A DNA stretch of 64,000 nt, from the IMG/VR virus record IMGVR_UViG_3300046459_000436, positions 16,674-80,673 of that record. One strand, 5' to 3'. Below, piece by piece: positions 27,048 to 37,486 of this stretch (position 1 is its first letter; the number at the start of each line of letters is the position of its first letter). The translations under genes were made by a program, and so were the position numbers. Below the pieces are notes generated by a model, which was not told the DNA's origin, did no database searches, and saw only the letters and a program-made list of their open reading frames with translations. Origin of the DNA: a virus.

Positions 27048-28397
27048 CTACGCGGCGCTCTCGCGGCCGGGGAGGCGCATCTCCAGCGTATGGCCGCCGT
27101 CGACGTCCAGGAGCTTCGCCAGCGGGGCCGTGACGGCCTCGTGGCGCGGGATGGCCAGGGTCTGCGCCTGCTGCGGGATGCGCCCGGTAGCGGCCTGCCG
27201 CGTCCCCCACCCGTTGCGCCGCAGCGTCGCCAGCGCGTAGAGCCGGAGCGGGATGAGGAGTGTCAGGTTCATCAGCGCGTACAGCGGCGCCGCGGCGAAC
27301 GTGAGCAGCCGGTCGGTACGCGGAACCTGGCCGGCTGAGCGGAGGTAGTGCAGCGACCGGAACCACGCGGCGGCCGAGACGTACACGGCGTACCAGGCGA
27401 ACACCGTCCAGGCGTGCGGGTTGGACGCGAATACGGCGAGGGCGACCAGCAGGGCCGAGGTGAACGCGATCCACGTGGCGAGCTCGACGAGGTTGAGCCA
27501 CCAGTAGGCGCGGCCCATCGAACTGACCTTCAAGGCCAGGAGGACGCCCTCGCGGATGAAGCTCTTCGTCCACCTGCATTGTTGAACGAGATACTTCCGA
27601 AGATTCTCCGGCACGTCGGTCCAGGCGACCGCGGTGGGCACGATCAGCGACTGGCCCTCCAGCAGGCAGTAGTACGTGAGCCTGCGGTCGTCGCCGAAGG
27701 TGCACTCCTTGCCGAGGAAGCGCTGCTGCAGGAAGTCATCGAGGTACTTCCGGACCGTCGAGCCGCGATAAAGGGCGAGGCTTCCGCAGGCGCACAGGAC
27801 GGAGCCGAGGCGGGAGTAGGCCACCCGCTCGCCGAGGAACGCATTCTGATACCGCATGTCGATCAGCCGGGTGAGCAGGTTCTTCGAGCGATTCGCAGCC
27901 AGGACCAGCCCGGTAACCGCGTGGACGCGGCGGCGGGCGAACGGCCGGGCGGCCTCCTCGACGGCGTGCTCGTCCAGGACGGTGTCGGAGTCGATGCACA
28001 GGTAGATGTCCGCGTCCTGGCGGGCGTTGAACCCGGCCGCCAACCCGTGGCGTTTGCCTCTGTTGACGGGGAAGCGGATGAAGTCCAGGCGGATCCCGGC
28101 GGCGGCGAACGCCGGGCGCAGCAGGTCGATGACGCCGGCGGCCGAGCGGTCCTTCGAGCAGTCGTCGATGACGGTGAGACTGTCGGGCCGGCGGGTCTGG
28201 TCGAGGATCGATTCCAGGCAGCGGCGGAGGGCGGCAGGCGATTCGTTGAAGGTCGTGACAACTCCGTGAATGACATGGCCGGTCGGCCCTGCCGGCTGCT
28301 GTGCGGTGGGTCTGCGGCGCCGCTTCATGGACGCGAGGAGCTTGATGGCGAGCAGGCTGCCCACGGCTATGCCGTACCAGCCCAGGTGGTTGTGCAC
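27048..28397 (-). CDS. Processive GT2 glycosyltransferase, hyaluronan synthase/NodC-like
   Basis: FNE, IDDCS, NRGKRH, IDSDT, LCACGSLALYR, TFGDDRRLT, QQCRWTKSF motifs and C-terminal TM helices ending NGWGTR. Confidence 0.88.
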   Translation of the reverse strand: MHNHLGWYGIAVGSLLAIKLLASMKRRRRPTAQQPAGPTGHVIHGVVTTFNESPAALRRCLESILDQTRRPDSLTVIDDCSKDRSAAGVIDLLRPAFAAAGIRLDFIRFPVNRGKRHGLAAGFNARQDADIYLCIDSDTVLDEHAVEEAARPFARRRVHAVTGLVLAANRSKNLLTRLIDMRYQNAFLGERVAYSRLGSVLCACGSLALYRGSTVRKYLDDFLQQRFLGKECTFGDDRRLTYYCLLEGQSLIVPTAVAWTDVPENLRKYLVQQCRWTKSFIREGVLLALKVSSMGRAYWWLNLVELATWIAFTSALLVALAVFASNPHAWTVFAWYAVYVSAAAWFRSLHYLRSAGQVPRTDRLLTFAAAPLYALMNLTLLIPLRLYALATLRRNGWGTRQAATGRIPQQAQTLAIPRHEAVTAPLAKLLDVDGGHTLEMRLPGRESAA

Positions 28398-28434
28398 AGG
28401 GGTCCCCCGTGTAGGTGGTTCGAGTGGTGGTTGG

Positions 28435-30929
28435 TCAGGTGCGGCGGGTCTTGGCCACGACAACGTCTACGCACGCCGCGGGCAGGTCCACGACGCGATC
28501 AAAGTCCCCGAGCCCCACGCCGTGTTGGGCTGCAGCGGCAAGCAGATCCCGGAGCAGCTCCAATGCAGCGGCGCGGGTCTCCGGGCTGATCGCCGGCCCG
28601 TGGCGGTGGACGGCGGCGATGGCCTCGGCCGGGGTGCGGGCGGTCACGGTTTCTCCCCGTATTCGGCGACGGTGTCGACGCTGACGGTGGCCTTGTATCC
28701 GGCGCCGCCGAGCGCCGACTCGATGACGGCGGTGACATCCTCGGCCTCATCCTCGGAGTCGAGGTTGCTAACCCAGATGCTCAGGTTGGCGTAGTGGCTG
28801 CTCACTGCTGGGCTCCTCAGGTGCGGTTGGATTCGAGGGAGAAGAACAGGACGACCGGATCCGTGGCACGGACTCGCTCCGAGGCGTCACCGAGGATTGC
28901 CTCGTACACGTCCTGCCGTGTGGTGCCAGGCGCGCGGTCGACGGTGCCGGATACGGTCCGCACCTCCTTTCCGGCTCGGCCTTCCCATTGGATGGTCAGG
29001 ACCCAGAAGAGCCTTGCCGACGCGTGGCTGCTCATCGCTGCTCCTCGTTGTCGCTCCACCGCGCGTCGGCGCTGGGGTCGTAGTGCTCGCGGTTCTCGGC
29101 GCTGCGGCTGTTGATGTGGCCCGGGGACTTCCGGCAGATGAGGGTGCGGCCGTCCTCGGTGCGGGTGGCGAGGCAGAGGTCGCGGGTGCCAGTCACGCCG
29201 GGTCCCGTTCGGTGACGGGCTCGACCCGGAGGTCGCGCAGGCCGTGGTCGCGCATCAGGTCGGCAGCCGTCTCGACCAGGGCGCCGCTCAGTTCCACCTC
29301 AAGGGCGGCCAGCAACTCCGGATGCACGGCGGGGTCGTGGCCCCACTCGGCGACCAGCGCGGCTCCGAGATCGCGCATCCCGCTGAGGGGTGAGAGGTAG
29401 CAGGCCTTCAGGTGTTCGTAGTCCCGACGGCCGAGGGTGACGTACTCGCGGGAATCCAGGCCGTATCGGCTCACGTCGTCCTCCTAGCGTTCGGATGACA
29501 GTCGGCCGTCGGACCGTGCCCGCAGTCGCACGGGCTGCCGGTCGGGGAGTGGAACTGGCAGGCGTCGGCGGGGGCGTCGAGGCCCTCGGTGGGGCCGAAC
29601 CGGGCGCGGGACCCGGTGGGCCATCCGGCGACCACGTCGGCGAAGAAGTGGCCGGCCTGGCTGGCGCGGTCGTCCACGTCGGGGAAGTTCGCGGCCTCCC
29701 GAAGGCGGGCGTCGTAGCGGGTCTCCACGGCGCGGATGAGGAGGTCGAGGTTGGGGAGGCAGTGCTCACGGAATGCGGCCTCGCGTGCGTCCTCCACGGC
29801 CTGCTCGGCGCGCTCCAGCGGGGTGGTCACGACGTGCTCCGACCGGCGGGCGTGGCCCACTCCAGCAGCCGGTGCAGGGTGTCGCCAGCCACGCTGATGT
29901 CGCTGCCCCAAATGCCGCCCAAGTTCTCGCGGACATCGGCGGCTTCGGCGGCGGTCATGCGGATGGTGATCGCGCCGTCCGGTTCGATGCGGATGGATTC
30001 CACGTGCATGCCCTCCTCGGGCTGTCGGTCGGTTAGCGCGTGGTGTCTTCTGTGCACCAGGGCGCATCGGCGTCGTCGTAGATGACAGGGGGGTGGGTGT
30101 CGGCGCGGTGGCCTGTCGGGGCGAATGTGATGCGCGTCCTGGCTGTGGCGTCATCCGTCTCGGTGCTGGTGACGGTGCGGTCGTAGCCGGTGCCGTCAGA
30201 GATCCGCATGCCGGGTTTCAGGTCACGGGCCTTGTGCCAGGTGGTGTGGGGGAAGGGGCCGGGCTTTCCGGCGAGGTTGGCGCTTCTCACGGTGGCCCTC
30301 CTCGGGCTGTCGGTCAGGCGTCGGTGTCGTTGGCGGGCGGCATGTAGTGGACGATGTCGCCGGGCTGGAGCCAGGCGGGCGGCTCCCACAGGTGGGAGTC
30401 GATGTCGAGGAGGTCCAGGCGTAGGCGGGCGGGCTGACCCGGGCACGGGTCCGGAGTGACCTGGTCGACGATGGCGCAGCGGTCGCCGAGGTCGGCGATC
30501 GCGCCGACGGGGAGGCGGTCGGCGGTGTCGAGCGTCATGCGGGACATGTGGCCCTCCTCGGGCTGTCGTCGGCACCCGGCCGCGAAGGACGGGCAGGGGC
30601 GGGGGTCAGGCGTCGAGCAGCGGGTCGCCGTGGTCGTCCAGGTACTGACGCTGGGCGGGCAGTTCCTCGCGGACGGTGAGCGGGTGCGGCTCCAGTGCCA
30701 ACCAGTCGCATCCGGCGTCCAGGTGAATGGATCCGTCGTCCTCCTGGCGGGCGTCGTCGATCGCGAAGGCCATGTTCTGCGCCTCGATGACGAACTGGCC
30801 GCGTGCAAGGTCGCGCTCGGCGAAGACGCCGAGGACGCTGCCGCCCTCGTGGTGCTCGCCCTTGCTGAGGATCCACACGACCGGACCGGTCGGAGCCTGC
30901 TGCGGCTGGTGGCGGTCGAGTTCCTGCAT
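28435..30929 (-). CDS. Operon of small hypothetical genes (including 28435-28647, 28644-28805, 29193-29474, 29827-30009, 30033-30290, 30314-30547, 30606-30929)
   Basis: Short coupled ORFs with RBSs, starting from the divergent promoter region at about 30970. Confidence 0.55.
30010..30568 (-). repeat. Three identical 18-bp start-associated repeats
   Basis: GCCCTCCTCGGGCTGTCG at 30010, 30295 and 30551 (CGACAGCCCGAGGAGGGC on minus), each just before a start codon. Confidence 0.85.
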
Positions 30930-30973
30930 TGCGGGCTCCTCTGCGGTTGGCGTTTGCCTACTGACTCCATAAT

Positions 30974-31008
30974 TGCCAACTCACTTGCTATTGTCAACTC
31001 AGTTGGCA
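30974..31008. promoter_or_regulatory. Operator repeats in divergent promoter
   Basis: TGCCAACTCACTTGC and TGTCAACTCAGTTGGCA in an AT-richer gap. Confidence 0.6.
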
Positions 31009-31043
31009 TTCACAGTTACAACCCGGTGTGGCACTATGACCGC

Positions 31044-31316
31044 ATGGACACCTCTGCGCTCGAAACCGCAGCCCACCGCTACAAGCGGGCTGACGACACC
31101 CTCAAGGCAGCCCGCGACACCCTCCAGGCCGAGGCGGTTGCCGCGCTGCGAGCCGGAGCGCGGCCCACCGACGTTGCCCGCATCACCGAATGGAGCCGTG
31201 AGTACCTGCGCCGCCTCCGCGACGATGCCGACAAGCGCGACGCCGAGGCGGAAGTTGCAACGCTGCGGCAGCAAGTCGCCGAACTCCGGGCCGCTGCCGA
31301 CCAGCCCGACGCCTGA
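31044..31316 (+). CDS. Small HTH regulator with coiled coil
   Basis: ALRAGARPTDVARITEWSREYLRRL. Confidence 0.75.
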   Translation: MDTSALETAAHRYKRADDTLKAARDTLQAEAVAALRAGARPTDVARITEWSREYLRRLRDDADKRDAEAEVATLRQQVAELRAAADQPDA

Positions 31317-31475
31317 CCCACCACCGCCCGCCGACCTCGACCGCCGCGAACACGGCGAGGCCGACGGCGAGGATCAGCCACCACGGCGGGAGCGCGTGGC
31401 CGGTGACCACCCACGCCACGGCGGGTGACATCCCGACGGCGAACCACGCGGTGAAGGTGACGGCGTGGCGGGCGG

Positions 31476-32552
31476 TCACGGGACGGCCGGCGGGGTGGTG
31501 TCGGCCGGGCCGTCGAGGGCGGTACGGATGCAGTCGGCAGCCTTGCTGAAGCCGAGGACGGCGCCGAGCTGGTCCAGGTCGGCGAACTTGTCGGCGACAA
31601 CGCGGACGGCGGCGAGCGTGGCCTCGGCGGTCTCGGCGCGGCGGACGGCAGCAACCCGGTCGGTCTCGTTGTCGGCGAGTTCGTCATGCCACCGGTCGCG
31701 GTCTCCCTCGGCGTCCAGGGCGCGGGCGCTGACGGTACGGCACCAGTCGCCGAGGCGCTCCACCTCGGCGGCGAGTTGCTTCATGCGGCGGTCGCGGACT
31801 GCGAGGACCGCCTCGGCGAGGTGGTGGTCCCAGTCGTACTCATCAGCGTCGCCGCCCTCGCGCCAGTCTCCGCATCGGCAGGGCATGTTGCCGTCGGCGT
31901 CGGCCTCGTCCCGGTTGGTGATGAGGTAGTGCTCGCGCATCGCCGCCGCGTACCGCTCGCGCAGCCCGTTGTCCGTCTCGTTGTTGCTGGCCGCCGGGTT
32001 GTCCGGGGCCGTCCGGGCGGTCGCCGCACGCAGCAGCGCACCCGGTTCCCGTGCGCATGCCGTGCCGGGTTCCGGTGTCGGGCAGGTGACGCAGATGGTC
32101 AGTCCGGCCCATGTGGCGGCGGGGCAGGTGGACGTCGGCTTGTCCCGGCATCCGCACACCTGCCGCTGGTCGGGCATGGGCGTGGTGGGCTCCCCGAACT
32201 CGGTAGCGCGGACCTGTTCGGCGAGTTCCGCCTGCTGGCCGTCGGTGAGGCAGTCGGGCCAGACGCAGGCCGTCGGGTCGTACAGGGCGCACCGTCCGGC
32301 GTAGGCGTGGCCCTCGGCGCACTCCCCACCGCAGGCCGTGGCGGGTAGGGCGGTGGCCTTGTGCGACTCGGCCAGGGCGGGACTGAAGACAGCCAGCGAT
32401 TCCATCAGCAGCCGGTGAAACTCCTTCGTGGAAGCGAATGCGTCGGGGCTCGGGGTGAAGTCGTCGAGGATGTCGCAGATCTCGGCGGCGTTGATCTCGA
32501 CGTGGATGCGTTGCTCGCCGTCGATGCGGTTCGTGTAGATGCGGGTTGGCAT
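31476..32552 (-). CDS. Hypothetical mosaic phage protein
   Basis: ORF track; coding-like composition; RBS. Confidence 0.6.
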   Translation of the reverse strand: MPTRIYTNRIDGEQRIHVEINAAEICDILDDFTPSPDAFASTKEFHRLLMESLAVFSPALAESHKATALPATACGGECAEGHAYAGRCALYDPTACVWPDCLTDGQQAELAEQVRATEFGEPTTPMPDQRQVCGCRDKPTSTCPAATWAGLTICVTCPTPEPGTACAREPGALLRAATARTAPDNPAASNNETDNGLRERYAAAMREHYLITNRDEADADGNMPCRCGDWREGGDADEYDWDHHLAEAVLAVRDRRMKQLAAEVERLGDWCRTVSARALDAEGDRDRWHDELADNETDRVAAVRRAETAEATLAAVRVVADKFADLDQLGAVLGFSKAADCIRTALDGPADTTPPAVP

Positions 32553-32610
32553 GGCGCACGTCTTTCGGTTGGGCCCGGCCGGTCGTCCCGGCCGGGCAAC
32601 AGGTGGGCGG

Positions 32611-33000
32611 TCAGGCGGCGGGGTCGACCTCGGGGTGCACGAACTCGACGGGCAGGCCGAGGCCTCGGGCGTAGGCGATCTCGGAGCGGGTCGAGTCGCC
32701 GATGCGCGTGCCGACGACGAGCACCCGGTCAGCGAGCCGGATCTTCGCCTTGTGCAGGCCGTCGAGGCGGAGCTTGAGGGCCTCGGCGTCGACCGGGTCG
32801 GCCCACAGCGGGTGCGGGAGCTTCATGTTGCAGCCGACGGACAGCACGATCCGGCCGAGCGCGGTCTGCTGGACGTTGGCCTCCGTGAACTCGTCCATGA
32901 ACGCGGTGCTGCCGCAGAGGACGACGATCTCCGGGATGTTGAGGCGCTCCTTGGCGTGGGCGAGCTTCTCTTCGGGGCTGAGCAGTTCGGGGTACGACAT
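32611..33000 (-). CDS. Nucleoside deoxyribosyltransferase-like fold protein
   Basis: IVVLCGST...HKAKIRLADRVLVV...IGDSTRSEIAYA. Confidence 0.6.
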   Translation of the reverse strand: MSYPELLSPEEKLAHAKERLNIPEIVVLCGSTAFMDEFTEANVQQTALGRIVLSVGCNMKLPHPLWADPVDAEALKLRLDGLHKAKIRLADRVLVVGTRIGDSTRSEIAYARGLGLPVEFVHPEVDPAA

Positions 33001-33112
33001 GGTCGGGTCCTTCCGGGTGGGTTGGGTCGTGCGGGTCACAGGCGTTCCCCCCGCCGCCAGCCGGCGATGGCGCAGGCGGCGGCGAGGACGGACAGGGCGA
33101 TGTGGGGCCAGG

Positions 33113-34277
33113 TCACGGCTGGTCCGGCTGCGGGTCGTTGCGGCGGAAGATGGCGCGGGCCGCTTCGAGGGCCAGGGCGCGCCCGTAGTCCTCGTCGTAG
33201 GGCAGCGCGAACCCCTCCTCGGGCGTGATCAGCGCGGGGGCGATGAGGTCGGCGAGCTCCTGGGCGGTGTACGTGTCGAACCCGATCGCCGGGTGGCCGT
33301 CGGTGTCGGCGTAGACCCGGCTGATGCTGAGCGTGGGCTCGGACTCTCGGGCGTGGGCGCACTCGCCCCACACGAGGGTGTGCACTCCGGGCTTGCGGCA
33401 GGCGCGGGCGCAGCCGTCCCAGTCGCCAAGCCCCAGGCTGCGCTCGTAGCGGGGTTGGTAGTCCAGGCAGCCCGCGCAGGTCGCCTGCGTCCCAACGGGC
33501 AGCGCTCCCTGGGTCGTCGAATAGCCGCACAGCGCGGGCCCGGTGGCCCACTCCTGGAAGCCCGGCAGCCACTCGTACACCGACAGGTGGATCACGTCGG
33601 GCTGGTCCGGCAGGTCGAGGCGGGCGACGGGTGCGAGGTAGCGACGGGACCGGTCGAGGCTCTGTGCGCCCGTCTGCGGCCCGTTCAGGCCCCCCGGTCG
33701 CCGCTCGGTGCCAACTGAGGGGGTTTCGTGGCTCTCAGCGGCGTACAGCGGGCTTCCTGGCGCCTCGGAAGCCCTGTCGCTAGATGCTGTCATCAGTCGG
33801 CCGTCCGTTCTGTAGTGGTTCGCGGCTTATCGAGGCCCAGTTGGATAGCGGCGAGTTCCACGGCCTCCCGGATCGACAGCCCGTCCTCCGAAGCGGCCCG
33901 GATCGCGAGCGCCCGGATGTGCAAGTCGTCGGCGATCACCTGCTGTTCGTCGGTCAGTTGCGGGCGGCCCTGGCGGTTGCGGTCCTTCGCCATCAGCTCT
34001 CGCCGCCCTTCGCGGCCACAGGAGCGCCGCTGAGCGCATCCGGGGCCGCTCGCTGGGGCTCAGGCACTCCCGACGCCTCCACGGCGCTCACAGCCCCGTC
34101 CTGCCCCCGCAGTCGCCGTACCTCCGCCGTCAGCCCGCCCACCGTCCGCCGCGCCTGCTCCAGACCCGCCACCAACTCCCGCACCCCAGCCCGCAGGCGG
34201 ACCGCCTCATCCGGCAGCAGCGAACCGGCCTCCGCGCGGTCGATCAGGTGCATGAGATCCGACACGGCGGCGGTCAC
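33113..34277 (-). CDS. Three hypothetical genes (33113-33793, 33793-33993, 33993-34277)
   Basis: Translationally coupled ORFs. Confidence 0.55.
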
Positions 34278-34705
34278 TGGGCGTCCTGCCGTGGCTCAAC
34301 GTCCGACGGGGCGGCGAACGCGGCCTCCTTGGGCGTGGTGTCGACGAACGACTGCAGCGGCAGCGGCGAGTTTGCGACGAGCAGCAGCCAGTCGCCATGG
34401 CACGGGTCGCCGACCTTGCACCAGCACATGAGCGTCTTGCCGGCCAGTTGCTCCCGGATTCGGCGCAGGTACTCGATGTCGTGGGTTCGGGCGTTGCGGT
34501 AGCTGTCGACGGCCTGCTGCTGGGTGAGCGGCTCGTGCGGTCGGCGGTCGATCCAGCCGCCGGGGAGGACGGTGTGTCCGGTGTCGCCGACCCTCCATGA
34601 GTTCGACCAGACCGACGGGCGGCCCACGTACAGGGCGCCATCAGGGGCGGACCATCCGGCCGTGCGGCGGCGTTGGATGCGGGTGGGCTTGCTGGGTTCG
34701 GACAT
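34274..34705 (-). CDS. DUF4326 family protein
   Basis: RIQRRRTAGW...YVGRPSVWSN...LAGKTLMCWC...PCHGDWL. Confidence 0.8.
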   Translation of the reverse strand: MSEPSKPTRIQRRRTAGWSAPDGALYVGRPSVWSNSWRVGDTGHTVLPGGWIDRRPHEPLTQQQAVDSYRNARTHDIEYLRRIREQLAGKTLMCWCKVGDPCHGDWLLLVANSPLPLQSFVDTTPKEAAFAAPSDVEPRQDAQ

Positions 34706-34810
34706 CAGGTCACTCCGGTCTGGGTGGGCGGGGGTCAGGCGGCGGGTCGGTACGGCGGGGTGGTGTGCTGGGGATGCGCCGCCCGGCTAGGCCCCGGGCG
34801 GCGTGCTGCG

Positions 34811-36538
34811 TCATGCGGCGGCGTCGAGGGCGCTGTGGATGACGGCTCGCAGCCGGGACCCGATCCATGCCCCGACCTGTGGGGATACGGCGTTGCCGAA
34901 CCCGTCCACCTGGTTCCGGGCGGACCCCCAGACGGTGAAGCTGCCGCGGTAGTCGTTGAAGTCGACGTCGAAGCCGCAGCCGCGGCCGATCTCGTGCGCC
35001 GCCATCATTCGGTAGAAGCAGTCCTCAAGCGGAAGCTCGGCGAGCGACGCCTGCCACTGGGCCATGAGCAGCGCAGTCGTGTCATGGGAGGTGAGGGTGC
35101 CGAGCGGGTCCGTAACCGGGTGAGGCGCGGTCTCGTTCCCGGTGGGGCCGTTCTGCTTGTACCAGCCGGCGGCCGTCAGCACCGCCGGGATCTGCTCCGA
35201 GGTGAAGGTGGGCATCGCCTCGCTGTACAGCGTGGGCAGCGTGTTCTTCCGGTACGGGATGACACCGGAGGACAGCAGGGCGAAGGTCTCCGACCCGACC
35301 TGGGTGGGCAGCGGCTCCCCGGCGCCACGGGGGGCGCCCTGGTAGTTGTCCACCGCGAGGGCCATCGCCGGTGCGGCCAGTCCGTCAGCGGCGGCCTGTG
35401 CCCACAGCGGCTGGACGACCGGTCCGGTCGACAGGATCGCGGTCTCCTGCTGGCTGGTCTGCGTTGCCATCGGCTGCAGCAGGAGCCGCTCCGAGCCGTG
35501 CACGCCCTTCGCCGGCATGAGGATCGCCGGGAACTCGGCGAAGCGCTGGCGGCACCGTTCCGCGCGCGTCATCGAGGAGCGCGCGAGCGGTCCGACGAAG
35601 CCGTCCTTGAACGTCTTGGCCGGCTTGTCGCCGATGCGCGTGCCGAGATTGGTGAGGTCGAGCGCGGTCAGCGACGGCGTCATCGGCGGGACGACGGGGC
35701 GGCGGCAGGACGGGCACCGGTACTCGTACTGCTTGCCGTACATCACCGTGCCGGTCGCCGGGATGCCGGTCTTCCACGTCCACACCGCCTCGACGTCCTT
35801 GTCGCAGTGCCCGCAGCGCGACACCGGCCGGTGCTCCAGGTCGGGTTCGGGCAGGGACCTGTCCCAGAACACCCAGTAGCCGCGGTCCCGGGACTGCGGG
35901 ACCCCGAAGAACTGCGAGTTCAAGAACCGGACCTTGTGGTCGTAGTTCAGGAGGTCGAACTGCTTGAGCCACCACCGATAGGCGGAGCCGTCACCGACCT
36001 TCGGGCGGTTCGGCAGCGCGGGCCCCCACGAGATGAGCTGGGTGGTGCACTCGACCAGGATCAGCCGCGGGCGGTGCTGCTGCGCGTAGTGCAGCACGCA
36101 ATTCGCAGTCGCCCGGTCCCGCTCCGACTTCGTGACCCGCGCATCGAAGTCAGGATCGTCCAGCTCGAACAGCGTCATGCCCTGCTCGTAGGCCTTGACC
36201 GTGTTGGCGAGCGAGTGGTTGACGCAACTCACTCCAGCGACCAAGAGGTCAGCCGGGGGAAGGTCGCGGGCGGAGTGGTAGTCCGCCGCTTCGGGGTCGA
36301 CCAGGTCGGCGATCCAGTGTTCGGCGTTCGGGTGGTTCGCCTCGTGGACCTCGACCTTGTAGGCGTTGTGGTTCGCGGCCATGATCGTGGTGAACCCGGC
36401 GATCTCGATGCCCTTGGTGAGGCCCCCGAAGCCGCTGAAGAGGTCGACCGCGATGAGGTCGTCGTGGCGGAACCGACGCCGTCTGGTGGCCGGCCGGTGT
36501 GTGGCGGTGCGGATCTTCTGCGTGGATGCGCGGGTCAT
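34811..36538 (-). CDS. Orphan C5 DNA cytosine methyltransferase
   Basis: DLFSGFGG motif I, AGVSCVNHS motif IV variant, FGVPQSRDR, GNAVSP. Confidence 0.88.
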   Translation of the reverse strand: MTRASTQKIRTATHRPATRRRRFRHDDLIAVDLFSGFGGLTKGIEIAGFTTIMAANHNAYKVEVHEANHPNAEHWIADLVDPEAADYHSARDLPPADLLVAGVSCVNHSLANTVKAYEQGMTLFELDDPDFDARVTKSERDRATANCVLHYAQQHRPRLILVECTTQLISWGPALPNRPKVGDGSAYRWWLKQFDLLNYDHKVRFLNSQFFGVPQSRDRGYWVFWDRSLPEPDLEHRPVSRCGHCDKDVEAVWTWKTGIPATGTVMYGKQYEYRCPSCRRPVVPPMTPSLTALDLTNLGTRIGDKPAKTFKDGFVGPLARSSMTRAERCRQRFAEFPAILMPAKGVHGSERLLLQPMATQTSQQETAILSTGPVVQPLWAQAAADGLAAPAMALAVDNYQGAPRGAGEPLPTQVGSETFALLSSGVIPYRKNTLPTLYSEAMPTFTSEQIPAVLTAAGWYKQNGPTGNETAPHPVTDPLGTLTSHDTTALLMAQWQASLAELPLEDCFYRMMAAHEIGRGCGFDVDFNDYRGSFTVWGSARNQVDGFGNAVSPQVGAWIGSRLRAVIHSALDAAA

Positions 36539-37486
36539 CAGCTGGCCTTCCTGGCGTCGCGTGCGTCACAAACGCCCTGGTCGGGGGCCCGTCGCACGGT
36601 GAGGTGCGGGGGGTGGGGCGGGGTCATGAGGTCGGCCAGTTCGGCGGCCAACCGGTGGATGCCGCCGGCGTGCGGGCTACCGAGCGACGTGGCTTCAAGG
36701 ACCCAGCCGACCAAGATGTAGGCCTCGGTCGGGCTGAACCCGGGCGGACTCTGCGTGCACGGCCGGTGCGTGCCCCGGTCGATCTGCCCGAGCTCACGCC
36801 GGACCCGTTCCAGCCGCGGCACGTCGGCCACCGGGCGGTCCGTACCGCGGTTGGCGCGGATGACGCGGATGAGGATTTCCCGCATCGCCGGGTACGTGGC
36901 GTTCCACAGGTCGGCGAGGTGGTCGGCCTGGTCGGCGGTGAGGTGGCGGTAGGTGCGGAGGGTGGTGGGAGTGATGGTCATGACGTCCTCCAGTGCCGGG
37001 TGTTGGGGGTGCAGCCGCATTCGCAGACCGCGCGGGCTCGGCGCTCTTCATCAGTCATGGCCCGGAATTCGTCGACCGCGGCCTGCCACGCTTCGGGCGG
37101 CTGGGGCCGGACGGGGGTGGGGCGTCCGCACCCTGCGGGCCAGGCGCCGGGGCGGCGCGGCGGTTCTTCCGTGGCTTCCGTCTCGGCGGCGCTCACCGGT
37201 CGGGGTCCTTCCGGGCGAGGTGCTTGCGGGCCCGGTTGATCGCGGCCTGCTCGTAGACCTCGCCGGTCAGGTGGCGGTCGAACAGCGGGGCGTCGTTGGC
37301 CGGTTCGGGCGCGAGGATGCGGCCGGGGACGGCACCCCAGGAGCAGGTCCAGGTGTGGCGGCAGGCCGGGCAGCGGTAGCCGGCCACGATCCCGTCGGCG
37401 CCGTCGGCTATCGACGACTCGGGGATGACGTCGTACTGGCCGCAGTTCTCGCAGGCGTCGGCGTACAGCGGGTTGAGGTCGGTCAC
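36538..37486 (-). CDS. Three hypothetical genes (36538-36981, 36978-37196, 37193-37486)
   Basis: Coupled ORFs downstream of the helicase. Confidence 0.55.
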
